A DNA stretch of 64,000 nucleotides from Marsupella aquatica (GCA_973895155.1 OZ316895.1:21650558-21714557), one strand, 5' to 3'. Positions 37,528 through 52,304 are shown, numbered from the stretch's first letter. Program-made: numbers and translations. Notes: generated by a model not told the origin, from the sequence alone.

Positions 37528-39609
37528 ATGTATCAGTCGAGGAGCTTGCTGGAGCAGTACATTGAGCAGCCGATCAACATGGACGGCGGCTCCGTTGCTC
37601 GGGACTTCCAGATTATTGGCCAGGCGTCCCAGCACATCGGAGAGCAGATGTACGCCGGGCTTTTGCTGTCGTTCAAGTTTGGGACGATTTTCCAGTACTT
37701 GGCCGTCGTTGCTGCCATGTGAGTAGACTCTCAATCACCTTTCCAATCAAAGTCCGTGTCGAGGTGTACCGTCACGTGGATTGTGGGTTTGCATGGACGG
37801 ATCTGTGATCCAACAAGGTCTCTCTGAGTTACTTAGAATTCAGGACATCCTCTGTATCTGAAGGGGGTTGAGATTGGAGCTTTGCAGCCGTGTGTCTCTT
37901 CATTAATATTCGCTTTTCCTTCAATCACACTTGTGTGAACTCCTCTCCATTCTTTGGAGTACATGCATTTGTACGAACGCATGCCCTGAGCTGCCCTGAG
38001 CTGCCCTGAGCTCGGGTCTGTAACGAGTCTAGGAGAAGCGACCCTTTGAGTCGTTTCTAGGACTGTCGTCGTTTGGTCCGAGTTCAGTCTTTCTTATTAT
38101 CGGGGAAATGTACCTGAAGTTTGTCTGTCTACATGGGATATTTGGCTCGTCTTTCTTAGCTGAGGCAACAACCATGTCGAATGTAGTGGTTAGTAAGAAG
38201 TTTTTTCCAAACTCAATACTCGCTTGGCGATTATCTGCTTTGACGTGCACTTCCAGCGGAATAGCGATGGTGGCTGCCGGTATTGAAGAGTAAAGCAGTG
38301 AAGTGCTGTAGCTCGCAGTAGGGCGAACGTACTTTTTCTCCACGTGGATTTTGGATCACTTTATGGACACCGGGCTGTTCTAGCTGGCCAGAAGCTCGCA
38401 GGAAGCTTGAACAGAGTTTGTTCCACTTTGTATGTCGGGTGGCTCACGCAGAGCACATATGCACACGATTGCACTCGTGTTGTTCGTCGGACACATAAAT
38501 GTGGACTTCCTCTCATTTGAGCCGTCAGTAGGCTTGGCTGTGGAGCTCCTAGTGTACCTGCATTCGAGATGGTTTGATGACAGCCTTCCTGTCAGTAGGA
38601 ACGTGGGCATGAATTGATATTAGCCATCCAGGGATTCGAAAGTGTTGGTCACGTAAGTAGATACGACTGAGCCTGGACGCAGCGAAGGAGCTGTTGCCTC
38701 CGAGGTGGCCATATTGTCAGAAGTTGATACTGTGTGTCAATCTCCCATTGACCTCGGAAAAACGATGGTTATACTGTGAAGTACGTCGAAATCAATCTCA
38801 TGCAAGTAGTAAGTTGTACCTGTGCCTACGGCGGCTTGTGCTGACGAAGATGTCGTCCTACCTGATTGCAGCTACTTGTTCGTCATTGATCGCACCCACT
38901 GGCGAACAAATCTCCTCACCACCTTACTCGTGCCTTACATTTTTCTGAATCTTCCCGACTTCATCCTCCACTACGTTCGGTAAGCATTGTCCCTTCGTTC
39001 TAGTGTTCGCAGTCTGTTTGAATGAGTATCCTTCGACCGTTTATGATCGTGTGAATCATTTGTGACAACGCTTGTAATCCCTCGTAAGCAAGGAGTTCAT
39101 TCATTAGAGGATATAGTTTTAATGATTTAATGTGTCCGATGTTCGAGTTACGTTTTCTTATCGAAGTTGTGGTGATGGAGGAGAGGCTGCTTTGTAGTTG
39201 TTGAAAAAAGTTGTTCCAACTTACTGAGTGGAATGAGGTTTATCCGGTTGGGCTAATGTTATCGTCACGTCGACAACGGATGTAATGCAGAGGTCAAATT
39301 GGAGCTTGGATTGCGTTCATCGCAGTGGTGCTCCGGTTGTTCCTACCGCAGTACATTCCCCCACACTCTGAGCTTCCCGCCGCCCTGATTCTCCTTCTCG
39401 TCACAGCTCCGAAAACGCTCATCGGCTTCCGCTTCTGGTTGCCGGGTGAAATCATCAGCATTGGCATTGGCTTCTACTTGCTGTACGAGCACATTATCCA
39501 TGCCGGAGGTTTTAAGAAAGCTTTCGCCGAGAGAGGAGTGTTGATCACCATCGGCATCCTGCTCCTCTTCGTCGCCCCAGTTTGGCAGTTGGTTTTTGGG
39601 CTAATCTAA
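37528..39609 (+). CDS. COR413: Cold-regulated 413 membrane protein; join(37528-37718, 38872-38979, 39291-39609), 205 aa
   Basis: FGTIFQYLAVVAAI|YLFVIDRTHWRTNLLTTLLVPYIFLNLP..R|GQIGAWIAFIAVVLRLFLP..ELPAALILLLVTAP; canonical splice sites keep the frame. Confidence 0.92.
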
Positions 39610-41374
39610 TCGGCCTGCTGTGTGTACTTTGGGGATGGTGACGATGTAGTCCCCAATGTCGCTCCTGCTCGCACTCCTTCTGCTAATTAATCATGGGACG
39701 TGGAAGGAAGAAGGAGGCTATAAGTTTCTATCAAGACTTGTGAATTATAATGATGTGAATAGTAAGGACAAATCATCCTACCACGTGAGTGTATCTTTAA
39801 TGTCTTCGTGAGGTTCTCTCGATGAAATATTATACTGCTGCACACTTCGTGACATGCGTTTGTTTCGATGAACGTTGGCCTTCGACTCTGCTTGCTGATG
39901 GACAAGTTTTGGATGCCCACGAAAAGGCAATCATCAACTAGAAATGTTGGCATTGTGGGCTAAAATAAAGAACTGTGCAATTCTACGATAGATACTGAAG
40001 AAAACTGTGATGTGTACTCTCGATCGAAAAGTGAGGGGGAAGTCATGTCATATTAAATTAACTTACACTCGCCCATCCCCGTCTCCCCCCCTCCCGAATT
40101 TTTGCTCCAAACCCAGAAGTGCACCTCCAAACCCAGAAGTGCACCTATGAATCTAACCTAAGATAGAAATTATTCTGAAGTCGGTGCCTGGGACCTAAGA
40201 TGATGTACTTCCCTTGGTTGGTTCTTATATTTGGTTTTAAGTCTACTTCTAATCTCCTATTGACTCCTTTGTAGGTCCATTGGGTAAGTTTCGACTTCAT
40301 AATTACCAATGCAACCATTAGGGATAGTACAGAAGAAAAACTTGTGAACTTGTGAGGTAAGCGAAGATGGTAGTGTGGAATAATCCGATTCAGTTTAGGT
40401 CTCGTATGATTTGCGACATTGCTTACCGTTAAAATAAATGTGGTTCATTGGACATTCTGGCACTTCCCGGTGAGGAAAGCCAACTTGGCTTTACGAAAAC
40501 CTAGCTTCGCTTACTTCACAAGTAGGAAAGGAGGATTTATAGCTGACCCATCTAACTTGTATTATCACATGCCAAACGGAAAATGGCATGTTGAAATTGT
40601 TCCATAGTAACGTCGCATTCCTAGAGCCCGAACAATAAGCTATCACATCCCCAATCTGCACACAACGTGAAATTACTCTGGCTAGACATGAAAATGGCTC
40701 GGCCACTCATGATAGAAGTTTCACCACATTCCAGAGTGAATGTGTAAATTCCCAAGATTATACCTTACAAGTATAGACACCGTGTGAAGCTACATTTGTT
40801 CTGCTTTTGTTCTGGTGTAAACAAAAGTTCGTTGGCCTGCATAAGTGGGGAAAAGGTACCACATCTCAAAACTGCATGTGTATCAGTCCTCACTCCAAAG
40901 TGATTGTACCTAAGAATACGTACTTCGTTTGAAACCACTATTGTTGGACACACTAATGTGGGTTGGCCGGTATAAGTAGGGTAGACCAAGCTGAAGACCT
41001 AAGCACGCAATGAAAGTGCTCAAACAGAAATGGGCCCAAAAGGGCTTGCCAAGAACCTTATCCAGAACTTGCACCAGTTTAAACTATGAGACAGACCTAA
41101 ACAATATCTGACAGGAAAGGAGTGAACATGCTAGAAAGGATCTGATTATACATATGGTCAGAGATGTCATTATACACAAGGTTTATGAATACCTGCCCAA
41201 CACGATGCAATTGAGAACAACCTCCTCAGCAGTGGGAACTATGTCATGCACAACCAAGTACAGCAAGGATCTGGCATCTCAAAGCTGCACCCCAAAACAT
41301 AATCAAATAGGAAAAGGTAAAGTTTGTCATTGCCCAATGCAAGATGCCACTCTACAAATGTAAGATTGTCATAT

Positions 41375-43400
41375 TTAGGATGGAAAAGTTACTCTTGCCT
41401 GTATATTTTCTATTAGTTTGTATATTTGTATACTACTACATATGTAAGATTTCTTCAAACATGACCCCACAATCTCTAGACAACTCCCTTTTGTCTTCAT
41501 GAGAAGTACTTGTTGAAAATCTCGTGCAAACACAACCTCAACTCTTCCAAAAGTTTGGTCACAATCTTGCATGTCATGTAGCGTTCTATCCAACGCCTCA
41601 ACTCCATGCCGATGGATCATGAGTGCTTCATCCCATAAAATAAAAGTGGCCCTCCGTAACAATCCACCAAGGTCTTATTTTTTAACAACACATGTGGACG
41701 TTGAGATTGGTTTCAACGGAAGCTTGAATTGTGAATGGGCAGTGCGTCCTCCATCTAACAAAAGACCTGCAATACCCGAGGAAGCCACAGCCAATGCCAC
41801 ATCCCCATATGTACTCACTCTCCTCAATATAGCATTCTCAACAAATATTTTGCCTACCCCCCTTGTCCATTAACAAAAAATGTTCCTCCATCTTGAGCCC
41901 TCATAGTTGCAGGTATTGCAGCATAGGCTGCCCTCTCACTGTAGTTTAACAACGGCTATTGTTCTGCAAGTTGTTCAAGAAGTGCATCAATTGGGTAGCA
42001 TGTCTCCTCCCGTATCAAACGACTACTGTTTTCCGGTTCTTCAAAAAATTGCATACTTGGAAGCAAAAGACCAAAACCAACAATGTTTTACCAATACAAA
42101 CTTTTCAAAGCCTCATCAATTAGATAGAGAGCAAAACTCTATTGTTCATCCTCAATGAAATCCAAAAGCCCAGACCAAACACCAACAATATTTTACCAAT
42201 ACAAACTTTTCAAAGCCTCATCAATAAGATAAAGAGCATTGAAGCTCTATTGTTCATCCTCAATGAAATCCAAAATACCCATTGAGTGCAGTTGATAGCA
42301 ACAATCATCACTCAAATTGGATGCATGTTGGGTCCATAGGTCGCCCAATTCTCGGGGGTTTCCATAGAATTGGTACATCAAGTGCAATGAAAAATAAGGT
42401 AGTTTTATTGGTTCTAAAAGAAGACGTAGAAATTTTTGTGGAAGAATATTTGGGTCTTTTAAATCCAATTTTGAGTTTTTTAAGAACATTAAGGTTTTTA
42501 ATTCAAAACTTTGGAATATTCTTAAATAATTAAAAAAAATCTTATGTTGTAGGGGGTACATGGCTTAAAACCGTCGTAGGTGATGGGGGGCCTCTATGTA
42601 GTGAGACCCCCGAGGCACATTCTAGCAACACCAAATAACATGATTGTGATAAATATTTGTCAAAGTTGTGCACCCGTCTACATACCTGCAGCTTCTTGAA
42701 GACATCTATCCCATTCTTCATCATTCTTGTACAAAGCCCTAGCAAGAGCCGCAGCCTGAAAAGTTATATGAACAATGCCCTCAAAAGTCCTAAGGTCAAG
42801 GAATTGTTAGGTTATGCCTCTGGTATAACCTATTTACTTCCATAGTACTAGTTAGGTTTTAGCAGATTAGGATATCACTCATTTGAGGTCCAGGTTCCCA
42901 TAGACCATGGGATGAGGTATATCCAAGGGGAACACAAATGTGTGTTCACATTTGAGAGTTAAATCTTCTGTATGTAGAGGCTAGAGGGTGAGAGAGATCA
43001 GGTTATAGTGGAATTTGTGGAGCTAGGCTATGGTGGATGTATTGTTATGTTCATATTGATTCTTCTCTCACGGCCGTGGATGTAGCCTAGACGGGATGGA
43101 CCATGTACTTTATTTGTTAGTGTTGATGAATCGTGTTGTATGCTAGTTCCTTTGCTGTCATGCTGTCCGATTAGATCTCCAACAGGAATGATGTTGCACC
43201 TTTGATATGAAGTAGAAGTGCTCGCATATGCCAGTTCACGTGGGCATTACTTCCACTGGCAGAGTAGCAAAATCTTAGAAATAATAATTATGTAGATTGT
43301 AAAAGATCTATAAAGGCAATAATTCATTCCAACTTGTGTAGAAAAAGGTTTACTTAGGGTGACCTCCAATTTTTCTTAGTGTTGAGTCTTTTGTGGGCAA
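41375..43400 (-). mobile_element. Helitron RepHel / PIF1 helicase remnant
   Basis: ASSGIAGLLLDGGRTAHSQFKLP, ILWDEALMIHRHGVEALDRTLHD, FARDFQQVL; many stops; boundaries approximate. Confidence 0.85.
42805..43184. mobile_element. Solo LTR (380 bp) inserted in the Helitron
   Basis: TGTTAG...CCAACA termini flanked by an exact 5-bp TSD GGAAT (42800-42804, 43185-43189). Confidence 0.85.
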
Positions 43401-46400
43401 AGGGCTTTGGTGGACCTCACTTTGGAATGGGGGTTTGTGCAAAAGTTGTTTGACATAGTTATGGAGCCTAAGTAAACCAAAATGAAGGGTTAGGCTTGCT
43501 CGGGATAACAAATGTTGAGCAAAATCTGTACTTATGTGGATCTGGCACCCCAGGTAGCATTAAGGTCAATCACATTTGGGAAATGTTTTATTACCTTCTA
43601 TGTGGAATAGGCAGCATGGATGAGGGGCAGCAATGAATGACGGAACCTAACAAGGGCTCTCAAACCATAAAATTTGGTAAACTTTAATTTAGTAGATAAG
43701 GTTATGGACACAAAACATTATGGACTACCAACTTCATAATCTATAACTTTTCTGCCAGAAAGACTGGTCATATGCGATGACCATAAATCATTGTAGAGGT
43801 TATTAAAAAAACCTTTTACGTGACCCAGGGAAAAAAACTATGACTATGCTTATGGCCAAAAGTCATTGTCTCTAATAACTATGAAACTGACTCCGTAAGA
43901 GGCACTGATACATGAGTTTCCCATGACTACTAGATCATTCACAATGGTAAGAGCATATCCAATGGGTACTGGGTTGGTCTACTGTAATGTTAGGCTGCCC
44001 AAACCTAGTATCATTGAGCAAAAAAAGGCAACCCCAATGGGTTACTTGAATGCTATTGAGTTGTGAATTTACTGGGTTTTTTGGTTGCATACAAACCGCT
44101 GTAGAGCGCATTGAGTGAATATATGGTTGATCAAAGACCTAATGATGAGTATCCAACTGTGCCTATGGGAGGTGGTACTAAAAATACCAATAACCATTGG
44201 GTTTGGATTTTGACATGTGATTCTATACACTATACTGAAAAGAAGACAATCATTACAGTGTCTTTAATTTTAATATCTACAACTAAAATACCCAATATCG
44301 CCAAATTTAGTCCACTGTAGTTCGTTTATTAAAACAGTTCTAGGTGGGAATGATCAGCAGCCATTGGATTCTTTTACACTTTTTTTCTGACCATTCAATG
44401 CGTCAAGGGGACCGTTCAATGTGAAAAGGGGCAAGGCAGGGGCACTCCATCCTCAAGTTGGGCTTGCACACACTATGCCTGCCCTTGAACCCCAAGACGC
44501 AAGAGGTACCCTCCCTCATAATTATGCCATGGCCATGGGGCCTCGACTCCTGGGCTCCTGAGGCCGGTATGCCCTGCTGCCCACAACTCTCTCCCTCATA
44601 ATTGACGTAGACCATGCTGCCCAGTGCCCAGCAGAGGAGCCAGTATGCAATGCTACCAGTGTCCACTACTCTAGCCAGGCCCTCGCCCTCCTCACTAGAG
44701 GCAATTGTTCTAGTTTTGTGCAACGCACAAACATGGCACTTGGCACTAATAAGGAAATAGTGTATACGGATGAAGATGCTCAAAGGGACGGTTTTTCACC
44801 CCCCCTCATCGACCCTGTCGCGGGCGTCGCGGTCCGGGTTCCATGCAGTGCACATTTAATCCAGTCGACTCGGCGAACCGGGAAAGGTACTTTACAGGCT
44901 TTGCCGAACAGGTACGATATTTTGCTCAATGACGGGGAGCTTTTTTGTTTTCGAGCTTCGACCGAAAATTAGTGTCGGTGGCACGGTTCGACCTCACCAC
45001 CTGGCGACAAACGGGTTTCTTTGCCCGCGCTTCAACTCACTTACTGCCCGATTAGGCGCTCAATTATAGCGCCCAATTGTCAGTCGACAACGGTAATTGA
45101 GATCCGACGGCCAGAGTGCGCAGATTCCCCTGCAAGAAGATCTCGACCGTAGATCCGTTCCGATTTGACGGGGTTACGGCGCTGTAATCAATGATGATAG
45201 CTCCTAATCCGCCGTCTGCGCCGTCGCCTCCGGAGAAACAGCGAGATTTCGAGGTTTCTCTTTCGCTGCTCGTCAGATTTCATGAATCTGTCGATCAATT
45301 GATCGATCGAAGCGCTCTGTTTCTTCGCTTCGATGCGTTCGACTTCGTTCTGCTTCGCTTCGATTGACTTGGCATTTCGAGGAGCAGGATTGATGCGCTG
45401 GACATGAGCTTTCGTCTGCTTTTGGTTGCCATCTCCCGATCTCCGCCCTTGGCGCGAAACCCCAGAGCAAGAAAATTGGTGTGAGCTGGTGAGCCGGCTG
45501 GTGCGGAATCGCGTGAGCTGGAGAGTCGACCGACTGACCGAGTCCTCGATTGTTGATTTGGTGTGCGTCTCTGCCGCCACATTAGCCACATTAGCCGCTT
45601 TGTGAGTGAACTGTGAATGCTGCTCGCTACTGTTGCTGTATGGGCCAGGGGAGGACAAAATCATGAAACAGCACAGAGAGGATTGATGATGAAGGGGTCA
45701 TAGAATGATGTCGTGGAAAGTTTCTCTGCTTGCTGTTGTGCAGTTGTGGCGAAGGGGTGTGTGATATGATTAGGTGTTTATCTGGAGGAGGTGGTGCTGA
45801 CGGGGAGGTGATGACGCAGGATTTTGATGATGGTGGTGTTAGGTTGTTGATGAGAGTCAACTCCGTCACCAAGCAAAGGAGGGTACCGGAGGAAAGTAGG
45901 GGGGGCCCATCAGGACGATTCCATCTGACGAGCATTATCTGTGACCATGAAACAATTTTCTGTCACGCCGACAGTGTCGGTAGAGTGTGAGCAGTGAGCA
46001 CACGTGAGTGAGGGAAGGTGGAGGCGGATTCACTTAATGTTTGTGGTAGGGAAAACAGACGGGAAGCATGAACCGACTGGGAGGGCGGGGAGGAAAGCTA
46101 TTCTGATTTGTCGCAGAGAGACGAAGAAGTGTTGGCCTCAGGTCGATTAGAAAAGGCCAAAATGCTTGATTAAGCTGTTTCCGTTGCCTTGGAAAGATTT
46201 CATTGAGCTCCTTTCATTGAAAAAGCTGCTCGATTATCTTCTACTGAACAAGAAAACAAAGACGGCACGAATTGGGAGCGCGCGAGTTTTTGGTTCCATC
46301 GTTGCCCTTGTGGGAAATTTACCGAAGGTGATCAGATGAGTGAATATCTACTGCAAAAAGTGCAATTTTTGGGTCCCGATGAACAAGGCCAAGTATGATG

Positions 46401-46681
46401 GCGTGGCCGAGGCAATTCAAGTCAAGTCTATGCTTTTGTGTACTGGAGGTGGATTGGATTTTTGCAGATGATTGTGGTGGTGTGCAATAATGTTAAATGG
46501 AGCATTACTCCCCCTCGGTTGGGAACTGAGGGTGCCACTGCAGCTTGTTGGAGATAGAGGGCGTTGGAGAGGAGGAGAAAGCCGGAGAGTTGGAGGAAGA
46601 GGGGAATCTTCCAGGCAATGGCAGTAATATTAGAGGACGCAGTGTTAGCAGCTGAAGGGATACAGTTGTCAAGATTTGAAA

Positions 46682-49600
46682 ATGGCGCGCGGACGAGGTG
46701 GCGGATCGCGTGTGAAGATTTGTGGATTTCCGGCTATGTCTTGTCTGTCGATTTTGTGTGGAACATCTTTGTTATGCATCGCCGTATTTTCGATCTTCTG
46801 CGGTCGTCTCCTTGACCTCAACAACGGAGACTTTCAACATCGGTTAGGGCCGCCTCCGTTTCCTTTTCCCGGGCACATCAGCAGCACCTCACTGGTACAG
46901 TAATGGAGTGTTTGAAATCTTGCTATGTGGTCTCTGTTCGTTTAATTTACCAGAAAAGAAGATGAAGTGTCCTGTCGGAGAAAAACAGCGCAGAAACTTT
47001 GTACGTTCCGTGACGAAAAATAGTAAGGGGGCTGTCGGAGAAAGTCAGAAGACCATGACCCGAAATTATCGTAGGGCATAAAGCCCAACTTGCCCAAGTG
47101 GCCGAACTTTTGGCTGAGGATGTGCAAGAGCACAGCAGATTGTACGAAGCCTGTCGAGAATTCCTGGAGAACGTACCAGGAAGCAGGAAAGGCTTGGAAA
47201 TCTACAATCAGGAAATAAGTTATCAGCTCACCAGAGAGCAAGAAAGAAGAAGAGACGTATGGAGGAAAACCACTGCACGTAACTGGGATCCGGAATGGAG
47301 GAGAGGATTCTTAATGCAAAATCGGGAACTTGTTTATTAGATTATCACAGAGCTGGAACAAACGAGAGGACTATTGGAGTAAAAGCTTTGCTTTTGTAGA
47401 ATTTATTTTCATACAGATTGCAGGTTAGCTCTGTCCATGTTGGCTATCCGCGTATTTGTACCTCTTCGTGAGCGAATTGTTCGATGGCGAGTTTCGTAGA
47501 AAGTGCATTCTGAACCTAGAGTGTAGGGACGAAAGTTTCAAGTTCACAAGATAATTAAATTATGCTCAATGCTCCGTAGAGTGTCGGGAAGAGTACATCG
47601 GAGCACGGGGATGGGAGGTCAAATGAACTCTCACATTGCTGCCTCTAAGAGGCTTGACCTTGAAAACGTTCATCTGTTCAGACATTCATATTTACATGTT
47701 GTTGTCTCTATCCTTGAAAAACATATGAGGTGCACTTTAATGATAGCATCTGTATTTCTCATTCTTGCAGGAAGACTTTTCCATTTCACTTAACACGGAC
47801 CCACGAGATCTTCGAGATGTTCCGGTACGATTCGAAAACTGCTGCATCTAATTCTTAGTCATCAGCGAAGCATGTATTTTGGTCTTGGGCGCTCTCATGA
47901 TAATGACAAGTTTTGCTATTTATGCAATATTATTTTCTTCTACATTTGCGAGACGTTGCTCGGGAGTCTCATCTAAGAACGTCACGGAAATCTTTATCTG
48001 GCCACGCCTTGTTTTTGAGCAGGCAAAAGGAGACTCTACCGTAAAGAATGTTTGGTACTCTAAGAATGCCGAACTTTATCATGGTTGTAGTGCTGCGAGC
48101 GATGTCTATGCTCGTAAGTTTTCGGCATACGTTATCTTGAACCTCTGTTTAGAACGTTATATTTCACACCGTATGGAATCCGAATTCCTGGTCGTGACTG
48201 TCTTAAATTTCGTTTTTAGCTGTTATTTGAACTTTTCTGTTGCTGTAAAGTGTTTAGCTTGATTGCATGTTGTCTTTGAGCGTTTTCAGATTTGGGTTCC
48301 ACAGTCTCGTAGGATTGTCAAACATGAAGACTAACAAAATCGCGGCTGCAGCATTGTATTCTGTGTTCCCTTGATAGTGCATTAGATGACATACCATATT
48401 AACTGTGGACTGGTGTTGCAGCTGCATCTGACATTGTCAAAAATGGATACGTTACAATTCAGGCGAGTGGTGGATTGAATCAACAGAGAACCGGGGTACG
48501 GTCTTCGCCATTAATATCTTCCCCTCAAGGAAGATATCTTCCCTTTATATTCTCATGATAGATCCTCTTCCATGTCTTGTAATTTTAAAACTGTAAAAAT
48601 GTTTTCATTGAGCGTGCTGTAGAGGTGTGTTGTGATTGTGACGTGTTTCGGTTCTTGTCTCAGATCACGGACTCGGTGGCTGTCGCTCGGATCTTGAATG
48701 CAACTTTAGTCATACCAGAACTGGATCATGCATCGTTCTGGAACGATGATAGGTAATTTCTCAAAATTCCTCCCCTGCTGCTGTAAACAGGATTGGCAAG
48801 ACATGTCGACTTTTTGCATCACCTGATCTTTCTTGCTATTGAAGCGAGTGGTGGTTGAGATTTCAGTCTGTCGAGAAATGTTGAAGTTTTGACTGTTTAG
48901 CGTTGATGATGCAGCGATTTTGAAGACATCTTTGATGTTGATCATTTTATATCTGTACTAGCCTCTGATGTGAGGGTCATTAAGGAGTTACCCTTGGATG
49001 TACAAAAGCGTTCACCAGCATCACGAATGCGAGTCCCCAGGAAATCGCTCCCCCAGTACTATGAACAGAAAGTTTTGGAAAGGCTTATCAGCAAACAAGT
49101 AGGTACTAAATTAGGTGCTCTCGTTATTGCAGCCAATGCGACATGCTGTCTCTTGTGAATTGTATGTAACGGTTTTTCGACAAGCATTGTGAGTTGAAGA
49201 CCTTTACTGGTTGCGAACTTCTCCGTGTTCTCTCTCCAGCCATACTGTGAGGGTGGCGGAGCATGATGATCAAGGATTAAACAATTTTTGTTCTGTATAT
49301 GCAGGTGGTGAAATTGACAAAGTTCGACTACCGGCTTTCAAACAAGCTGGAAGAAGATTTGCAGAAACTACGATGCCGTGTTAACTATGAGGCACTGCGG
49401 TTTACTGAGCCAATTGCGCAAATGGGTCAGTTGCTGGTGGAAAGAATGAGGAAGAATGGGCGTTACATTGCGTTGCATCTAAGGTGATTTTACAGGGAGC
49501 TTTGTGTGATGTATTTCCCTTACTGTACTGATCCCATGTACTCTCTTTCACGTTTGCGAATTGGTGAGTTTCGGACTTCGAGTATGATTTTCTTGAGATT

Positions 49601-51315
49601 GCTTTGGCCTTCGTCTGGGTTGATTGTCACGCCTTTTCAACAAGAAAAAGACTGGCCATGCCCGCACATCGCTAGTTTAGAAAGTAGGCCAGTATGGAAT
49701 CGAGATGAAAATCGAAGAATATGGAATTTTCTGTAGAAGTTTGAAGTCCCCTTTTTTGCACAGGTTTGAACCAGACATGCTGGCCTTCACCGGTTGCTAC
49801 TATGATGGAGGTCCCAAAGAAATCGAGGAACTGGGTGAAATTCGAAAACGTTGGAAAACTCTCCCAGTAAGAATCTTACCTCCTCGGGCTACCTGGAAAG
49901 TTTAATGCTTACTGTGGGTGTTTAGCTATGCATATGGCATCCAGTGTCAAGGTGTACGCGAAGGTCCCCACGTTGACTGGATGGATAGGATCCGTAATAC
50001 AGAGCCAGCCGTTCATTGAGGGCCATGTTGGCAGTTCCATAGTAAGACCAGAACAATCTGCCTCAGTTTGTTAAATATAGAAATATAGGACTTGTGACTA
50101 GATATGATCTTTCTAGTCTCTTGTCGAGGAGACTACGGGGTTTCATGGTTTCATTTGTGCCATCAACGTCCAGAGATTTAAGGAAAATGTTTGTATTCCT
50201 TAGCTGACCTACGTAAATCTGCTCATATCTCTCTCGCAGGTGGCTGATCCAGTAAGGGCACGTAGAAATGGTAAATGTCCGTTATCGCCCATTGAGGTTG
50301 GTCTCTTGCTGAGGGCCTCAGGGTTTGATGATGATACCAACCTCTATGTCGCTTCTGGTGAAGTGTACGGTGGTGAGGAAGCTCTTGCACCATTGAGGGC
50401 CCTTTTTCCAAATTTCTACACGAAGGAATCATTAGCTATTGAAAACGAGTTGAGGCCCTTCCAAAATTACTCATCTCGTATGGCGGCCATTGACTACATC
50501 GTTTGCGATGAAAGTGATGTATTTGTGGCCAACAACAATGGAAATATGGCTCGCATCCTAGCTGGGCATAGGTAAGAGAACTTTTTGCGGATTACAGAAT
50601 CTGTGAATGATGTTGTGGCATGAATTTATTGTGACTTTATTCACTCGTTCAAATGCTTACTAAAGTATTGGGCGAGTGGTGGAGGCGGATTCCTTATACA
50701 AGCATAATTATGAACCGTAAGAGAAGTCCCTGAGTATATGAGGGTTCATGTTGTGGGCCGTTTTACGAGTTTCACAAACCAGTTGGTGAATACCTGTAAC
50801 AGTCCGTTCTCATGGCAGTGTCCTTGTGAAATTTATATTGCAGGCGCTTCAATGGTCACAAGCGCACAATTCGGCCAAATGGAAAAAAACTCTCTCCGCT
50901 TTTCCTTTCACGCAATGAACTTGGTTGGCAGCAGTTTGCTGAAAAAGTTCGACATGCCCAAAGGGGCTACATGGGTGATCCGTATGAAGGGAGTTTGGGA
51001 AAAGGAGAGTTTCACGAAAACCCTGCGGCGTGTATTTGTAACTCAGAAGGTCGATCTTTAGTGGAGCTGGCTGAGGAGCCAAAGCAGAGCAGCAAGCAGC
51101 AGGGAAATATAGATGCCAACGCAGTAGATACTAAGTGGCCAGAGTTGGACGAGTACTTAGACACCTTGAGTGAGAATGCAAAAGTAGATCCTGAAGAAAT
51201 TGTTCACACAGGACTGATAGGGGAGGAAGTGTTGAATTCTGTCAAGGAAGATGCCAAATTGGAAGCTAAGCTAGAGGAAGTAGAACGTGAAGAGAATCCC
51301 TTATTTTTAGATTAA
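46682..51315 (+). CDS. Plant O-fucosyltransferase family (GT106/DUF246) protein, 10 exons, about 596 aa
   Basis: Exons 46682-46894, 47771-47824, 48023-48113, 48422-48495, 48664-48752, 48915-49098, 49305-49483, 49764-49866, 50240-50571, 50844-51315; N-terminal TM helix, SGGLNQQRTGITD, LRCRVNYEALRF, YIALHLRFEPDM, GKCPLSP, NNNGNMARILAGHR; exon 1-2 boundaries are the least certain. Confidence 0.92.
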
Positions 51316-52022
51316 GTTATGATGGCAGAGCACCCCCATGTACAGTACCATACCTTTTTCTTTTCTCTGATTCTTTTTGGATTGAATTGAACGAAAATCA
51401 AAACCAAGGGATTCTCTTGATCTTTATTGAAGAGTTTTGAGGGCACCACTGAAGCTGAGGTAGAATTGTCGGCTTACAATTTCTGAGGAGCTTATCATGT
51501 GATTTGCTGTGTCCAGCAATGGTCACCGATTCCTTGTACAATTTTGGTGGATACCGCTGGAGAACTTCAAGAGGATGACAAGTTTTGACTGGTGTTTTAT
51601 GAAAGTGTTATTGATGTTTTGACAGAAATCACTGAGGATCTTCTAGAGAATGACAATTTGGACCAGTGGATACACATCGACTGCTCTGCTCCTCCCGTTC
51701 GCAAAGTTGGAAGACAATGCAAGCTTTTCATTCTACTAGAGCTGGAATTTGTCCCTGTAGTCAATGCAAGCATTTTAATCTACTAGAGCTGGATGTGTCC
51801 CTGTGAAGTAGCAGCCAGATATGAACACGGGTTTATTGCGTTATGAGAATTTCTCTAACATGTGACGTGACTCAGGACACCATATGTTGCTATGTCTTGA
51901 TGTGCATTTACCAGGAAGGAAGCTCGATGGCAAGTCAGAATTGTATCTCTAATCCACGTTTTGATGAGCTTTATGTCCGAACTGTATCTACGTTCTAATA
52001 GCCAGTAACTGTCCTTGCTACA

Positions 52023-52107
52023 TCTTATGATTGTATTTATTAGCCCCGACTCTTATGATTGTATTTATTAGCCCCGACTCTTATGATTGTAATTATTAGC
52101 CCCGACT
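52023..52107. repeat. 28-bp tandem repeat x3
   Basis: tcttatgattgta(t/a)ttattagccccgac at 52023, 52051 and 52079. Confidence 0.92.
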
Positions 52108-52304
52108 ACCCCATGTTTGAATGTGAATAGTGGGAAGGACAATACAAGAATTATTAAAATATATTCTCTATTGAATAGCATAAAAGATAATAAAAAAATA
52201 TTAAAATATATTCTTTATTCATATTCTTGAAGGGTAATGACATGATAAAAAAATTCATCATTTTAATAGTCATATATAATATATCATTCTCCTTTATGTA
52301 CATA

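Noticed and set aside
38029-38617. ORFs within COR413 intron 1
   Set aside because: No recognisable domains; consistent with chance ORFs
43948-44375. Tourist/Harbinger-like end TAAGAGCATATCCAATGG
   Set aside because: No matching second TIR with a TAA TSD could be identified
47098-47340. 80-aa ORF inside O-fucosyltransferase intron 1
   Set aside because: GTG start, no recognisable motif, no in-frame splice path into the gene
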